Origin: Tubiluchus corallicola
Lineage: Eukaryota; Animalia; Priapulida
Direction of reading: 5' to 3'
Assembly (NCBI GenBank): GCA_030141605.1
Contig: JAQGDQ010000342.1
Location: forward strand, 186,001-250,000
Length of the DNA stretch: 64,000 bases
The stretch's first letter is position 1, and every line of letters begins with the position of its first letter. Below the pieces are notes generated by a model that did no database searches, was not told where the DNA came from, and saw nothing but the letters and a program-made list of their open reading frames with translations. Shown here piece after piece: positions 13,839 through 54,572 of this stretch. A program made the position numbers and the translations under genes.

Positions 13839-14663
13839 ATTTTTGTCAATCTCATTAGACGTACTTCCATATAAGCTTAATTTATTGCTTTTAAAACAGT
13901 TTGCAACATAAATTTTCGTAGCGTTTAAAAATGTTTTGAGAACTTGCATTAACAAGGTGCCTCACCAGTGTCTGTTGAAATTATAATTAATTTGGAAGGT
14001 ATTTTATGTTCTGTAGCACAAATTACATCTTTCGCACTTGACATTGCTAAACGATTGCATTTATTTCTTGCTGTGTTGATTAAGACTTGGTGGTATTTGG
14101 TTTACACTGTTCTATACAGTTATTTATTTATGGTGTGCCACTACTGTCTGTGATATTTCTAACGTTAAATTATGTAAAATCGACGTAACTATTTTGTTGT
14201 GTCTTAACTGTTCAGTGCTACTTTTTAGTAACTCTACTGATGAATCTGTGTAATTTGGGGTTTAAATTTTCTTCGTTTAAATTTTGCGTGAGTGCGACTT
14301 TCAGTCTTTCTGTGCCTAGGTGAAGTAAAATCTTTTTTCATACGTTTGTTTGACAAACAGTGTCTCATTCTAAACTGAATCTATGTTTGTTTAAGCTGGT
14401 TTCATGAACAAAAGGGTTGGTGCTTCCTGTGTTGGTCTCTGTAGTTTTCAAATCTTATTTGTTATCACGAAATAAATAATTGATTATTTTAATTCTGATG
14501 GTTGTGTTATAATATTATTTTTAAAAGTTGATAATGGAGAAATTAGTTCATAGCGACAGTATGGAAGCCATTAAGTGCTGATATTACAATCTGACACAGT
14601 GGCCGCACGATGGCCCTGTTTGTCAAGGTTGCTGCAGCTGTGGAGAGATTGTGTGGTAAACAG

Positions 14664-14709
14664 ATATATATATATTACACGTCAGTGATGCTCAGCTACG
14701 CAGTCAGTT
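14664..14709 (+). promoter_or_regulatory. HPD core promoter: TATA-like tract plus arthropod-type initiator
   Basis: ATATATATATAT at 14664-14675, about 30 nt upstream of TCAGTT (14704-14709), which lies about 55 nt before the HPD ATG. Confidence 0.55.
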
Positions 14710-14759
14710 ACTTGTGCAAGTTGGGAAGCTGTGTGTAGCATCCGCGTTGTCTGGACAAC

Positions 14760-43682
<28,923 letters not shown>

Positions 43683-44732
43683 AAGGGAAGAATCCAGTTA
43701 GACCAGTGAAATCATGCGACTCCAAAAGCTCACATAGTTCTTAGTGGCTCTTAGATGTTTGGGCAAAGTTTTGTTTGCTGTGAAGTGGGAAATTCAGACC
43801 GGCGATTAGGTCTTTGATTACAGTTTGGTTTTTGATTTTGGTTATCGTACCAGTGTCTCGAAAATTTTGTATTGATGCCTGTAAAACGGTTAGCGTGATT
43901 TCGTGTTCCTCTGGCCTTTCCATTGGGTGTAGATTCATCAGTGGATGGTATGAATACTATTGCAATTTGTAGTAAAGAACCGAGCACAAGAATAATCAAA
44001 TAATGGATAGTATGTGTAGTTCTGTTCTTCTTTGTTACATGCTGTCTAAGCTCGTACGTGTCAATGCTCATTGATGCTCATTGCTCAAGAATTTTTACCA
44101 CTTTTAACTACAACAATAGAAATATTTCCATATGTTTATTGCTTTTTGACAGCTAGGGTTATACAGACTTTTTGATATACGAAACGTTTGTCTTAGTAGT
44201 AAATGGGGTGCGTCACTCCTTTTTTTGTATTCCTTGCAAAGAAATGAAATAATGTGCTTTCAATTGTCATTGAAATTACTTCGTAAATCATATAAATGTA
44301 TCGATTTGCTCGTTATGACTTGATACCAATAGTTAGCGTTTACTATTAGGTATTAAAAATTTAGATATAACAAAAGCATTTATTATACGTACTAGAAGTC
44401 TAAGCAATTATTTATAGCTAAAATAGGCATTTAGCCATACAAGATTTTAAAGTTTCTTTATACCAGTAACTGTAGTGTGTACGTCTATGAGACTGATAGA
44501 TTTAAATTTAGTAAATAAAAATTAGAAAAATTCATTTTTAATTCTTCTGTGTTATTTGTCAGTAATGTTAATGTTTAACTTGTTTACGTTAATTCGCAAC
44601 AAGCTTCGTAGATGGAGACACTGACATGTAAACAAGGCTCGCAACTGAATATTGTGCATTGTGCGACGCTGTCTATTCATAAGAAAGATGAAGCATTGTA
44701 ATATGCTACACCTTTAAACATACTTTCATTGT

Positions 44733-45122
44733 TAGGGGTGAGCATTCTCTACCAGAACGCGAATTCGAATCGAACCGAATTTGTGACTTTCGAATTCGAA
44801 CCGAACCGAACTTGAGTGTTTCGAATTCGAATAAACGATTTTCGAACAACTTTTCGAACCACCAGTAAAAATTAGTCTTACAAAGATCATGCACATCACT
44901 AGATTTTGTTCTGCAATAAAACGACTAGTAATTTGTTTAAAGTTGTGCGCAGAAATCACAGCTAAATTATGCTAATTGCATGATGTTTCAATCGTTTTAA
45001 TGATCAGGAACATATGTGATTGAAGTGCTGAATTATTCGAATCTATAGTTTCTGGATTCGAATCGAGTTCGAACTAAAAAAACTCGTTCGAATCGAACTC
45101 GAACGTTCGATGCTCACCCCTA
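44733..45122. mobile_element. hAT-type MITE with TTCGAA subterminal repeats
   Basis: TIRs TAGGGGTGAGCAT / ATGCTCACCCCTA and 8-bp TSD ttcattgt/ttcattgg. Confidence 0.9.
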
Positions 45123-45739
45123 TTCATTGGTGGATTTTGTTAATGTTTTTGGCAAATGTGTTTTAAGTTACAGATACACACAAAAAGTATACCAGTGCAG
45201 TTTAAATGTTTTAAAATGTCTATTATCTACAACAACAACAACATGTTAACATTTGACAGGTTCTATACTAAACACAATTACTACTTTACAATTAGATGAT
45301 TGATAACAAGACAATCTTTCGCACACACATTAACAATAATACTCAATATTGTGCATAATCGATATCTCTATTTTAAATTTTGATTTATAATGCTGTATAA
45401 TATTGGTGATAAACTGCTCAACACGTTCGTAAATGAGGTCAGAAGGAAATAGAGGAGTTAGACAATTTTTTCAGTTTTACTTTCCATAGCAAATGACCTA
45501 GCAAATTATGCTGATAATAACTGCATCCTACATAAGACAATAATAAGGAATAATACAGCAACAGATTAAAGTGCTGTTTGTTTTATTGTATGGTATTGCA
45601 AACTGGAATACAGCACTTGTTTGCAGCAAGAAATACTCAATGGCTGTGGCAGGACCGGAATGCTGCTCATTCTCAAGGTTAGTCCACTGACACTAGACTA
45701 GATAAATACATCCTCTCTCAGTGTGAGAAATAGTTGCGT

Positions 45740-46008
45740 CGTGTTCAGACTAATGAGTCTTCTGTCGCGAGTTTTCTCTCTGACAGCAAACTCTCAAGTG
45801 TGAACGAGTGTGAAGTGTCAACTGTACGAGTTACTGTTAACAAGTTGTTGCAGGCTCTCCGACAGCTTCTGCGAGTTACTCTCGAACACTTATCGCAGTG
45901 AACAGAACAGACAGTGTCAGCTCATGCTTACTGTCGGAGAGTAACTTGCAGCAAGTTTTGCTCTCTAATGCAAGTTACTTGGCAAGAAAATTCATTAGTC
46001 TGAACATG
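45740..46008. mobile_element. MITE (PIF/Harbinger-like TIRs)
   Basis: cgtgttcagactaatga / tcattagtctgaacatg inverted termini. Confidence 0.7.
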
Positions 46009-46060
46009 CTTTTAGAATCAATAAGGCACATGAAACTCCTTTGAATAAATATTGAATTCT

Positions 46061-46140
46061 GCAATCACCCTGCTATTTACTAACTAGGTACGGTGTTGCT
46101 TAACTTCAGTCTCCAAGCATAATATGCCACCACTCAGCTA
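46061..46140 (-). mobile_element. Degenerate tRNA/5S hybrid SINE head
   Basis: Minus strand reads tagctgagtgg (tRNA A box) then actgaagttaagcaacaccgtacctagttagta..gggtga (5S A box to C box). A similar head occurs at 53697-53780 (+). Confidence 0.55.
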
Positions 46141-46517
46141 TTATCCATATTCAATGGTAGTAATCAGCATCAAAGGTCAAACTGAAGACAATTGGCTTAA
46201 GCTTCTTTAACTTCTCTTTGGCAAAGCTAAACATGGCATCTTAGTTTGTTGCTAAAATTCTTTGCGTGAATCAAATACAGATGAATGGGCGACTTGCAAG
46301 TTTGGTTTTCACTTTTATCGCTAGTCTCACCCTGTTGACTCGATCTGATCTGACTAACCTATTAAGCATACTGACAGATCATCATTTGTGACGTACACAA
46401 CTAGGGCTAATTAGTGTGCGTAGGTATAAGTGGTAGTTGGTCCATTCCTGAGATGTCGGAAGCTAATTTTACAATTTGTGTACTTCTTGTGGAAATATTT
46501 CTTAATCTCTATACCAG

Positions 46518-48700
46518 TGGTGTCAAGAAATGGTGTCAGACAATCGATCCTAGCAATGCTACATCGAAAATGCATGAGTAACTTCCCATCCTAGAAAAGT
46601 CTTCGACTATTGCATTTCGTTTTCACTGAAGCGTCAATTATAAATCCAGCAAAGACATGGTACTAGCAGATAGCCTATCAAGAATGCCAAAACAAACCAG
46701 AGATAGACCAATAAATTTGGTAAGCTTTGTACAATTTACCACAGTGAGATTACAAGAGCTTTGTGAGATAACTTTTCGAGATGAGGAGCTCAGTACATTC
46801 ACACATCGAATACTAAGAGGTTTTGCCGAAAAATTTCATGACATGTCTGAAATAATCAGGAGCTACTGGTCAGTTAGATATCAGCCGAGTATTGAAGAAT
46901 GTCTAGAGCTGAAGGGTGAGCAGGTGATTATCCCAGCAACACCACCTTGCAAAAATCCACGAAGGTCACCTTGCCAGCAAAGAGCAATGTAGTGTCTACT
47001 GTATATATCGGCCACAGATAAATGATGACATTGAGGGAACTGGATCAGCCATCACAGGCCAAGGAAAACTTAACCAGGGATGTACCTGGTAACCAGTGTG
47101 AACCTGACTTAATAAATTTTAATTTTGTAGCGAAGGTGGCTCCATCTAGCTAGAAAGTTTAAAGTGTGGGCATTGACCTAGTTACGTTTTTCATTATGCT
47201 GTTCTGTTGAATGAGTGAACATGTGTCTTGTACAAGCTAGTGAAATTTTTCATTTAGATGTATGCCGCGTAGTAAACGATGTAAGTTTACTACTATTAAT
47301 TTTTATTTTTATTTATTCACTGATATTTATGAATGGACTAAACTATGTAACAATCTAACTAAATTAGCCAATGTCAGTCACCTTTGCCTTTCTATTTTTT
47401 TAAACATTGCAGAAAGCCAGATCAGTGGTTTGTATGAAAATTCAACTGAGACTTTTAAAGTGGTCATAAATGCCTCTCAGAGACACTAACAGTAACCAAG
47501 AAGATTTTTACTCTGTTTGGAATATCATATACGATAATCTCGGATAATTGTCCTCAATTTGTTGATCAGCAAATGGTAAAGGAACTTTGATCAGCCATAT
47601 TACTACTCGCCATTGCACTATCAGTCACATTGATTTTTTTGAGAAATTTGTAAATACAGCAAAAGGACTTATCAAAAAGTCGTTAAGAAACATTGAATCA
47701 GCTTTGTTAACTTATCGCACAACTCCTTTAGGTACAGGTAGGCAATCACAAACAGACGTTTGATTTGGTAGGAAGATTAAGCATAATCTGCAGGTAAAAA
47801 GTCAAGCAACAGAACAACATCGTATGAACCTTGAAAAGCAATTGCAACACACGAAGAGTTATTCTGATCAGCGGAGCTGAGGCTGAACCAGGATGATGCA
47901 AAGAAAGTTTGGACACCAAGCAGAATTGCAGGATTTGGACTTGAACCTAGATCATACAATGTTCTGTCACAGGAGGAACACTGAAGAGAAACAGACTTTT
48001 CATACACCCCACGACAAGTTTTTAGCTTGCAAATTTTGTACACAAATTTCTTGTGCAAAATTGTACTGTTTGCACTTGAATGGTAGAACACTGGTTAAAT
48101 TTGAATTTGACAGTTTAGCAGTATCTTATTTTAACATAGTGCTGTGAATTACGGCGAATAGCTAAAACGTTCCATTTAAAGCTCAGCTTTTGTTAAAACT
48201 TAATTTTCAGTTTATACATTACATATGTGTTCTTTTTAAACAGTTGTCAGTTTCTTGTCAGAGTTTGACATTTGGTTATTAATTAGTGTTTTGGTGTGCC
48301 GTATTTTTGCACAATGCGAATTTGTGTGTACAAGTTAGACATTGGTTTGAATACTTTTGTAAAGGTTAAAACATTAGTGTTCTGCTTAATTTGATCTAAA
48401 TTGAGATTGCGACTTTCCTTTGCGTACTGTTATAGATGGCACTAGTTTTCAGTTAAATCAGTTTAGTCTAGTCGCCTATTAAATGTTTAATATCTACATA
48501 AGCTAGCGAAACCGCATTTATGGTCTTGTACTTGTAGATGTGAAATTACAGCTTAAAAAAAATTCTGAACTCCCATTTTGCTATCTTCTTAGGGAGGGGG
48601 GTGTCTTATTATTGTAATATCGTAGTTTTTGAAAATCTGATTATTGTTAGCGCCATCTATTGTCTATGTATATAACAAATAAACAGAAATTTTAAATTTT
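46518..48700 (+). mobile_element. Decayed, internally deleted Ty3/Gypsy LTR retrotransposon
   Basis: PBS-like TGGTGTCAGA (46531); RNaseH-end/linker MVLADSLSRMP..YWSVR..KGEQVIIP (46657-46960); integrase remnants SDNCPQF..EKFVNTAK..ALLTYRTTP (about 47540-47730); PPT AGGGAGGGGGG (48591-48601) followed by TG. Confidence 0.8.
47097..47491 (+). mobile_element. Solo LTR-like repeat, family 2, copy 2 (inserted in the Gypsy relic)
   Basis: Homologous to 27470-27851; gtaac occurs near both flanks. Confidence 0.72.
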
Positions 48701-48712
48701 GGAATTAGCCAC

Positions 48713-50135
48713 TGTACGGCGCCGAGTAACCCACAAGCCGAAGTAGGACACTTCTGGTAAAACGCATGTGCTAAATTTGCGGGAAAGCAGTGTCGTACAT
48801 GGCCAGTCCAAGTAGGACAAAAGCGATTTTTGTTGAGAATCGATAATTTTGCTTGTTGGTTGAGTTGTCATCAGTTTGGCGTCATGAAAACTTGCTTGAA
48901 CAGGTGTTTAACTCAGCGTGCAGTACGCAGGTATTGTTTTGCGGTGACTTTGGTAACTCTTTCACTGAACGAGGGTTTGTTTGGTAACAAAGCAGCACAT
49001 TTAGCACTCTAGCATTGTTCAGTAGTATGGTTATAATAGTGGTGAAATGAAACAATACATGTCAAACAATACGTGTTATGCAGCCTGTTATGAGTGCTAA
49101 TGATGATACCAAATTGATGGCTCACCTCCTGATTGGATGTTACCGACTCTGTAATGACTCTTTTACAGGCATTTTCTGGATGAAAGGGTTCAATTTTGGG
49201 CAAATTTCATCATTTTTCTCTTGCTAGGGGAACCCCTGCTCGATTTGACTGCGATATTAGATTGTAAAGGCAAGAGCAAGAATCTTTTCGTTTTGTTTCA
49301 ATTTCAAAAAATAGTAGCTACTATTTTCGTATTACGTGTCGTGATGTTGGTGAAACAGTTGTTTCTTTATAAAGCGGTAATTAGCAAAGACAAAAATAGT
49401 TGTTTGTGTTAAAAGCAAAAAGCTCTAAAATACGCAGTACTGTAAATTAAAATTTGTGAATTTTCTGAAGTTGATATAGTAGATGGTAGCAGAGACAAAG
49501 TGGAGGTAGTGAAATAGTATCTAAAGCTTTGATAAATACATATTGTTTACCTAATTCTGTAACCTAGATTTTTTGGAATTTGATGTTACTTTCTAGTGGA
49601 CATTAAAAGGATCCTTTTAATTTTCTTTTAAATCTACTGTTTTAGTGCAAACCTTTCAATCATGGAGAACTTCAAGGCGAAAATGGCCAACGAAATTCTC
49701 GCATTAGAAAAAGCCAAGAACTCTGTCATCGTTAGTGAAGCAAAATATGTTGAGGTGGTTCGATATCTGAAATGGAAGAGAGGAGATCTAAGAGAGGCAA
49801 ATCTGAAGTGGAGCGACTTTGATAGGAACATCATCAGATGCTTTACTGATACAAAGAAGCTTGTGCTGGTCAAGTTACCTGATTTAGGACTGCAAGACGT
49901 TCTGGCTGTTCGTAAATCAGATGGGGAGAAATGGTTGGGAGAGCATTAGCAGCATCTGCAGTCAACGTTTATGACTCCCTGGCGGTGAAACCATCGCGGC
50001 AGCTATTAAGGGGCATTGCCAACTTTGTTCACACACATCAGAAAACACTGCAGGTGAACGTAATTAATGTTCAACAGCAAGGGCCTGGTGACTGTGGAGT
50101 GTTTGTCATAAACTATTTTTTATGTGAACTGATTG
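48713..50135 (+). mobile_element. Relic DNA transposon (Ginger-like) carrying a Ulp1-type cysteine protease fragment
   Basis: TGTACGG..GAGTAACCCAC start. ORF 49662-49949 is followed in another frame by VNVYDSL..VINVQQQGPGDCGVF, the Ulp1/C48 protease Asp and Gln-Cys motifs. Confidence 0.55.
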
Positions 50136-50246
50136 TTGGTCATTCGACCAGGAAACATTTGCACTGGCAACGAAAACAATTCGAAGAACGTGGACGCTTC
50201 AAAAGTGGTGACAAACATTATCAAGTCTACAAAACGTTGAGGTAAA

Positions 50247-51600
50247 ATGGCGACTTACTCATTACCGAACTTTAAAGAATTTTGATTCGTCTGATAAAAC
50301 CAACATTGCCCAGTGATGGCAAAAAGACGTCAAACGTTTCAAGAACTCATTGATGGCACTTGCTATCGACAATGATGAACGTAAATTAGTGCTGCTACTT
50401 TACTACGCAGGGGAAGGTGTTCATAGCATATACAAGTAGTGCCAGCTCATGCAACAGAGAACACACCTGCAGGTTTTGAATGCATATTTTGCACCTCACA
50501 AAAATAGTGAATATGCCATTTATTTGTTTCGTGAAACAAAGCAGGAACGCAACAAGACCCTCGACCCCTATCACACTAGACTACAGGAAATGGCAGCTCG
50601 CTGTGAGTTCGCCAATAAGAACAGAGAGATAAAATTTCATATGATACGTACACGTATCAACAACAAGCTGCATAGAGAAGCACTCGAGAATGACACCCAA
50701 AATTTTTTTGCAGCATGGGCGTGCAATGGAATTATCATACCAACAAGCAACAACGATGGAACGAGAAAATCAAGCATTTGCAAAGCACATTGATCAACGA
50801 CAACAACATAAACGTGGTGACAACATCGCTGGCACAAAAGACAAACATAAAACACCAAATCATGCTAAAACGCTGATGACTGCGATGACAAAACAAGATC
50901 AAGATGTACGTTCTGTGGTGGCAAATATCATGATGATGGTCTTGCCAACTGTCCAGCACGTGCGAAAAAATGCCATTCGTGTGAAAAACTAAATCGCTCT
51001 AGTAAAGTACGTATTTCTCGTAAACGTAACAAACGGCATTCGATGTGGAAGTTTGAATTGTACATTATGATTAGGTGCTGCCATCTATGGGCTAATCCTG
51101 TTACATTCTACCAGCTGACTTACCCCCAGTATAATTGTATGGTCCAGTGAATGCATACACACTGGTCCTCTCCCTATTTTAAAGTAATGGTTGTTGTGAA
51201 GCCTGTGCAAGTCTGCATAGGTCACCTATACCTACATATACTGACTGGTTTTGCTTTCTAGTCACTCTCAGTGTTCAGTGCAGGACTCTGTCACTCTCTC
51301 ACTCTCAGTGTTCAAGTTTAATAAACACTTTTCTGTTGTGTGCAGTGCAAATATGTATTATAGATTTTTTATTCTTGTTCATACTTCTGTGCCTAAACTC
51401 AATCATAACAAAGTGAGTGAACAACAACTTCAAAATGACTTTCACATTCAGTGAAAATGAGTGGATGAACAAACAAGTGATTCCAGTGATGATGCTGATA
51501 ATTTTAGTATACGCAGCATCCGAAAATGTTCGAACGACGACCCGATCATGATGAATATCAATGTTGATGGTCGTGATTTATCCATGGAGCTGACCAAACA
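50247..51600 (+). mobile_element. Decayed Gypsy gag-protease region interrupted by a solo LTR
   Basis: ERKLVLLLYYAG..AYFAPHKNSEYAIYLFRETKQ..YHTRLQEMAARCEF; zinc knuckles CTFCGGKYH..CPARAKKCHSCEKLN; protease start IMMNINVDGRDLSMEL. Confidence 0.8.
51044..51446 (+). mobile_element. Solo LTR, family 1, copy 2
   Basis: TGTGGAAGT..ACTTTCACA ends, homologous to 26364-26816; flanks ttcga/ttcag. Confidence 0.85.
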
Positions 51601-53455
51601 AGGTTGTGGGAAGGTGTACATGAAATGTTACCTTGCCGTCTTCATTTGGAACCGGTTGGCATGGACATCGATCGACTTTCATGGACGAGAAGGAGGATTC
51701 CTGCTCAGGTAGAGGTGACAACAAACAATGGATCCAACTTCACTGAAGGGGCTAGAGGGCTACACGAACTGGTCAAGCATATAAATTGGGAGCTAGTTCA
51801 GGGGAAAATACTTGGCAACCAGAATACAGAGAGAATAATGTGGAATTTTTGAAATATTGGTGTAAAGAGCGAACAGAGCACTACAAATCATCAATGGAAA
51901 AGGAGACATCAATGATGAGGAATTCCATACCTTTGTCGTGGAAGCAGAAGGCTATCTAAACTCCAGGCCACTTAATTTACCAAGAGTTGATCCACGTGAT
52001 GAGCTCCCACTCACCCCTAAATTTTCTGCATGGTCACTTAGTAGGACAACTAGCACCACCATCTGCAGACAAACAAGCATTTAACCTGTGATGCAGATAT
52101 AGATGGGTTCAAGAATTGCTGTGACACTATTGGAAGAGGTGGCAACAAGAGTTATTGGCCTTGAATTGCTGTGACACTATTGGAAGAGGAGGCAACAAGA
52201 GTTATTGGCCTTGAATTGCTGTGACACTATTGGAAGAGGAGGCAACAAGAGTTATTGGCCTTGAATTGCTGTGACACTATTGGAAGAGGTGGCAACAAGA
52301 GTTATTGGCCTTGAATTGCTGTGACACTATTGGAAGAGGAGGCAACAAGAGTTATTGGCCTTGAATTGCTGTGACACTATTGGAAGAGGTGGCAACAAAA
52401 GTTATTGGCCTTGAATTGCTGTGACACTATTGGAAGAGGAGGCAACAAGAGTTATTGGCCTTCCTCCACAACCAGAAGTTTCATGAGAGAAATTAAACCT
52501 TAAACTCGCTGATGCTGTCATTATGGCGGACCCAGATGGCAACTTCCAAGAGGCCAATTATCAAGAAGGAGATTGTTAGGAAAAAAACAGACATTATACT
52601 AGAAGCAATGATCACAGTTCTAAAAATAAGCCACATCTCAGGACAGGTGAAGATGGTCTGGCAAAAGCTGCTCAAGTCAGGACACTGAAAAGAAATTTCA
52701 TTCGTCCAGCTAAGCACAGTAATTTTGTATGCATGTAACATGATTGATATTTCATATGTAATTGCTTTTTTTATGAAAATTGAACAAGTAACTAGAAAAT
52801 TGATCAAGAGGGGACTGTTGTGAAGAAAATGATAAATATTGTAGCGGGTCGCAGAACTAAACCATCACAGGCTTCGTGAAAATGCAGTGTATTGAATGTA
52901 AAATTGCGTGGGCCAATCAGAGCTCAGTTTTCTAGGCCAATTTTCTCGAGCGCATAACCTGTTCTCGTAGATTCGAGGGCAGTGCGTTCTCGGCCATGTT
53001 CGGCTTCGGTTTCATTTTGTTTTTCTCTTCTTGGTTGCTGTTCTTAAGTCAGTCGTGATTCAGTAATTTTTGGTTTAACCCTTTGGTTTGCATTTCAACT
53101 CAACGCGTAAGTGTCAGCTATAAACTGTTGCTAAGTGTTTCATTTTACTGTTTTTCTTTCTTTTCTTTTTTTATAATTTTCCTTAGTTAATTATGTATCC
53201 TCGCTATCATAGACGGCATCACACTTATACTAAAAGTAGGTTCACAGCCGTCAACAGAAGGCTCTCTTTGCTTCGCTGATTTAGCACGACGAGCGTACGC
53301 TGTAATTTGCCTTGCAGTGGACATATAATAAAGTTTTTCACATTTGTTGGGATTTTGCAGTATCATTCCCTTTGCATGCCTTATTTATTTGTAAATAAGA
53401 GTTAGGCTAGCTTTGTTGAAAATGTAAGAACGCATTTATTTAGTCTTACATAACA
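51600..53455 (+). mobile_element. Decayed BEL/Pao integrase region plus PPT and probable 3' LTR (52816-53455)
   Basis: NNGSNFTEG..DEEFHTFVVEAEGYLNSRPL..LPLTP..HYWKRWQQELL; PPT AAGAGGGGA before TGTTGTGAAG; putative LTR end CTTACATAACA with internal AATAAA. Confidence 0.78.
52113..52462 (+). repeat. 50-bp tandem repeat, 7 copies, inside the BEL integrase C-terminal coding remnant
   Basis: Unit gaattgctgtgacactattggaagagg(t/a)ggcaacaagagttattggcctt; period 50. Confidence 0.97.
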
Positions 53456-53696
53456 TGGAGTAGCGCCACGAGTACAGTCTCCGACATAATCTGCAGAGCT
53501 TTTCATAACACTTTACCAATCTACTTTCTGCTGTTAAAGAGCTTTAAAAATTTGTATGGAATTTAATGTAATGCTTTCACTACAGATACATTCAGCCCAA
53601 ATGCTTGCATAATTTGTTGATGTAGCAATAAAAAAATCCATCGTTGCAGCACTACGCAATGCCAGCGTTCTATTTACTCATTGAGGCAAGATAAAC

Positions 53697-53780
53697 AGCT
53701 CAGTGGAGTGATCATTGTGCAGTTAGCAACTGAAGTTAAGCAATGATAAGGCTCGTCAGAAAATGAATGGATGACTACTA
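53697..53780 (+). mobile_element. Degenerate tRNA/5S hybrid SINE head, second copy
   Basis: agctcagtgg (A box), then actgaagttaagcaa..ggctcgtcag..tgaatggatgac (5S-like). Confidence 0.5.
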
Positions 53781-54572
53781 TGTTCAATCCACTTTTGGAT
53801 ACTTACATCTGTCATAACGTCCGCTAATATTTACCTCAGTAAGAGATGATGTATATGCGCCCAAATGTGACTAAGACACATTTGCCAAACAAGTGTGTGA
53901 ATTCATGGTTTTAGAACGGATTATCCTAATGGGATACGTTGCGGAACGGGTGCTGCCACTGACTGCTGGATACCAGATTGCACAACGTTCAACTGAATAA
54001 TAAGATTTACCCTCGATAGCATCCTATAATTTAAGTACTCTCAAAGCAAGTACACCAGAGATTTTGCTCCCGGCATATTGTAAGTGTGCAATGTACCTAA
54101 AACGGCAACATCACCACAAAACTGAATGTTCCCTCATACAAGTTAAATACTATTATACATCAAATACATCTGAAAATGCACTCAAGTAGACCAGTATACG
54201 TGGTTAATTCTATCAATATAATACAGTTCGAGATATCGTTACTTTATGATACATTAGATCTATATTTTCCACGTGCACAAGCACACATTACCCGTGTTAA
54301 ACATTTAAATTAAATAACTTTGATATACTATATACAGTCAACATGATTACACAACAACCGAGTACACTGTTTAATACTCACTGCTTAGCAACAGGTTAGT
54401 TACCATACTGTTACTGTGACGGAGACCGCACAGAATAGCTCATAAGCATACCATATGTTTACAACCCGGAATGGATATTCCATACATTCATCTTGGACTC
54501 CTAAATGCCGATGTTACCCTCCGGTCCCAGATGGGAACTAGTCCGATGTCAGATGGGAACTCGTCAGTCGTC

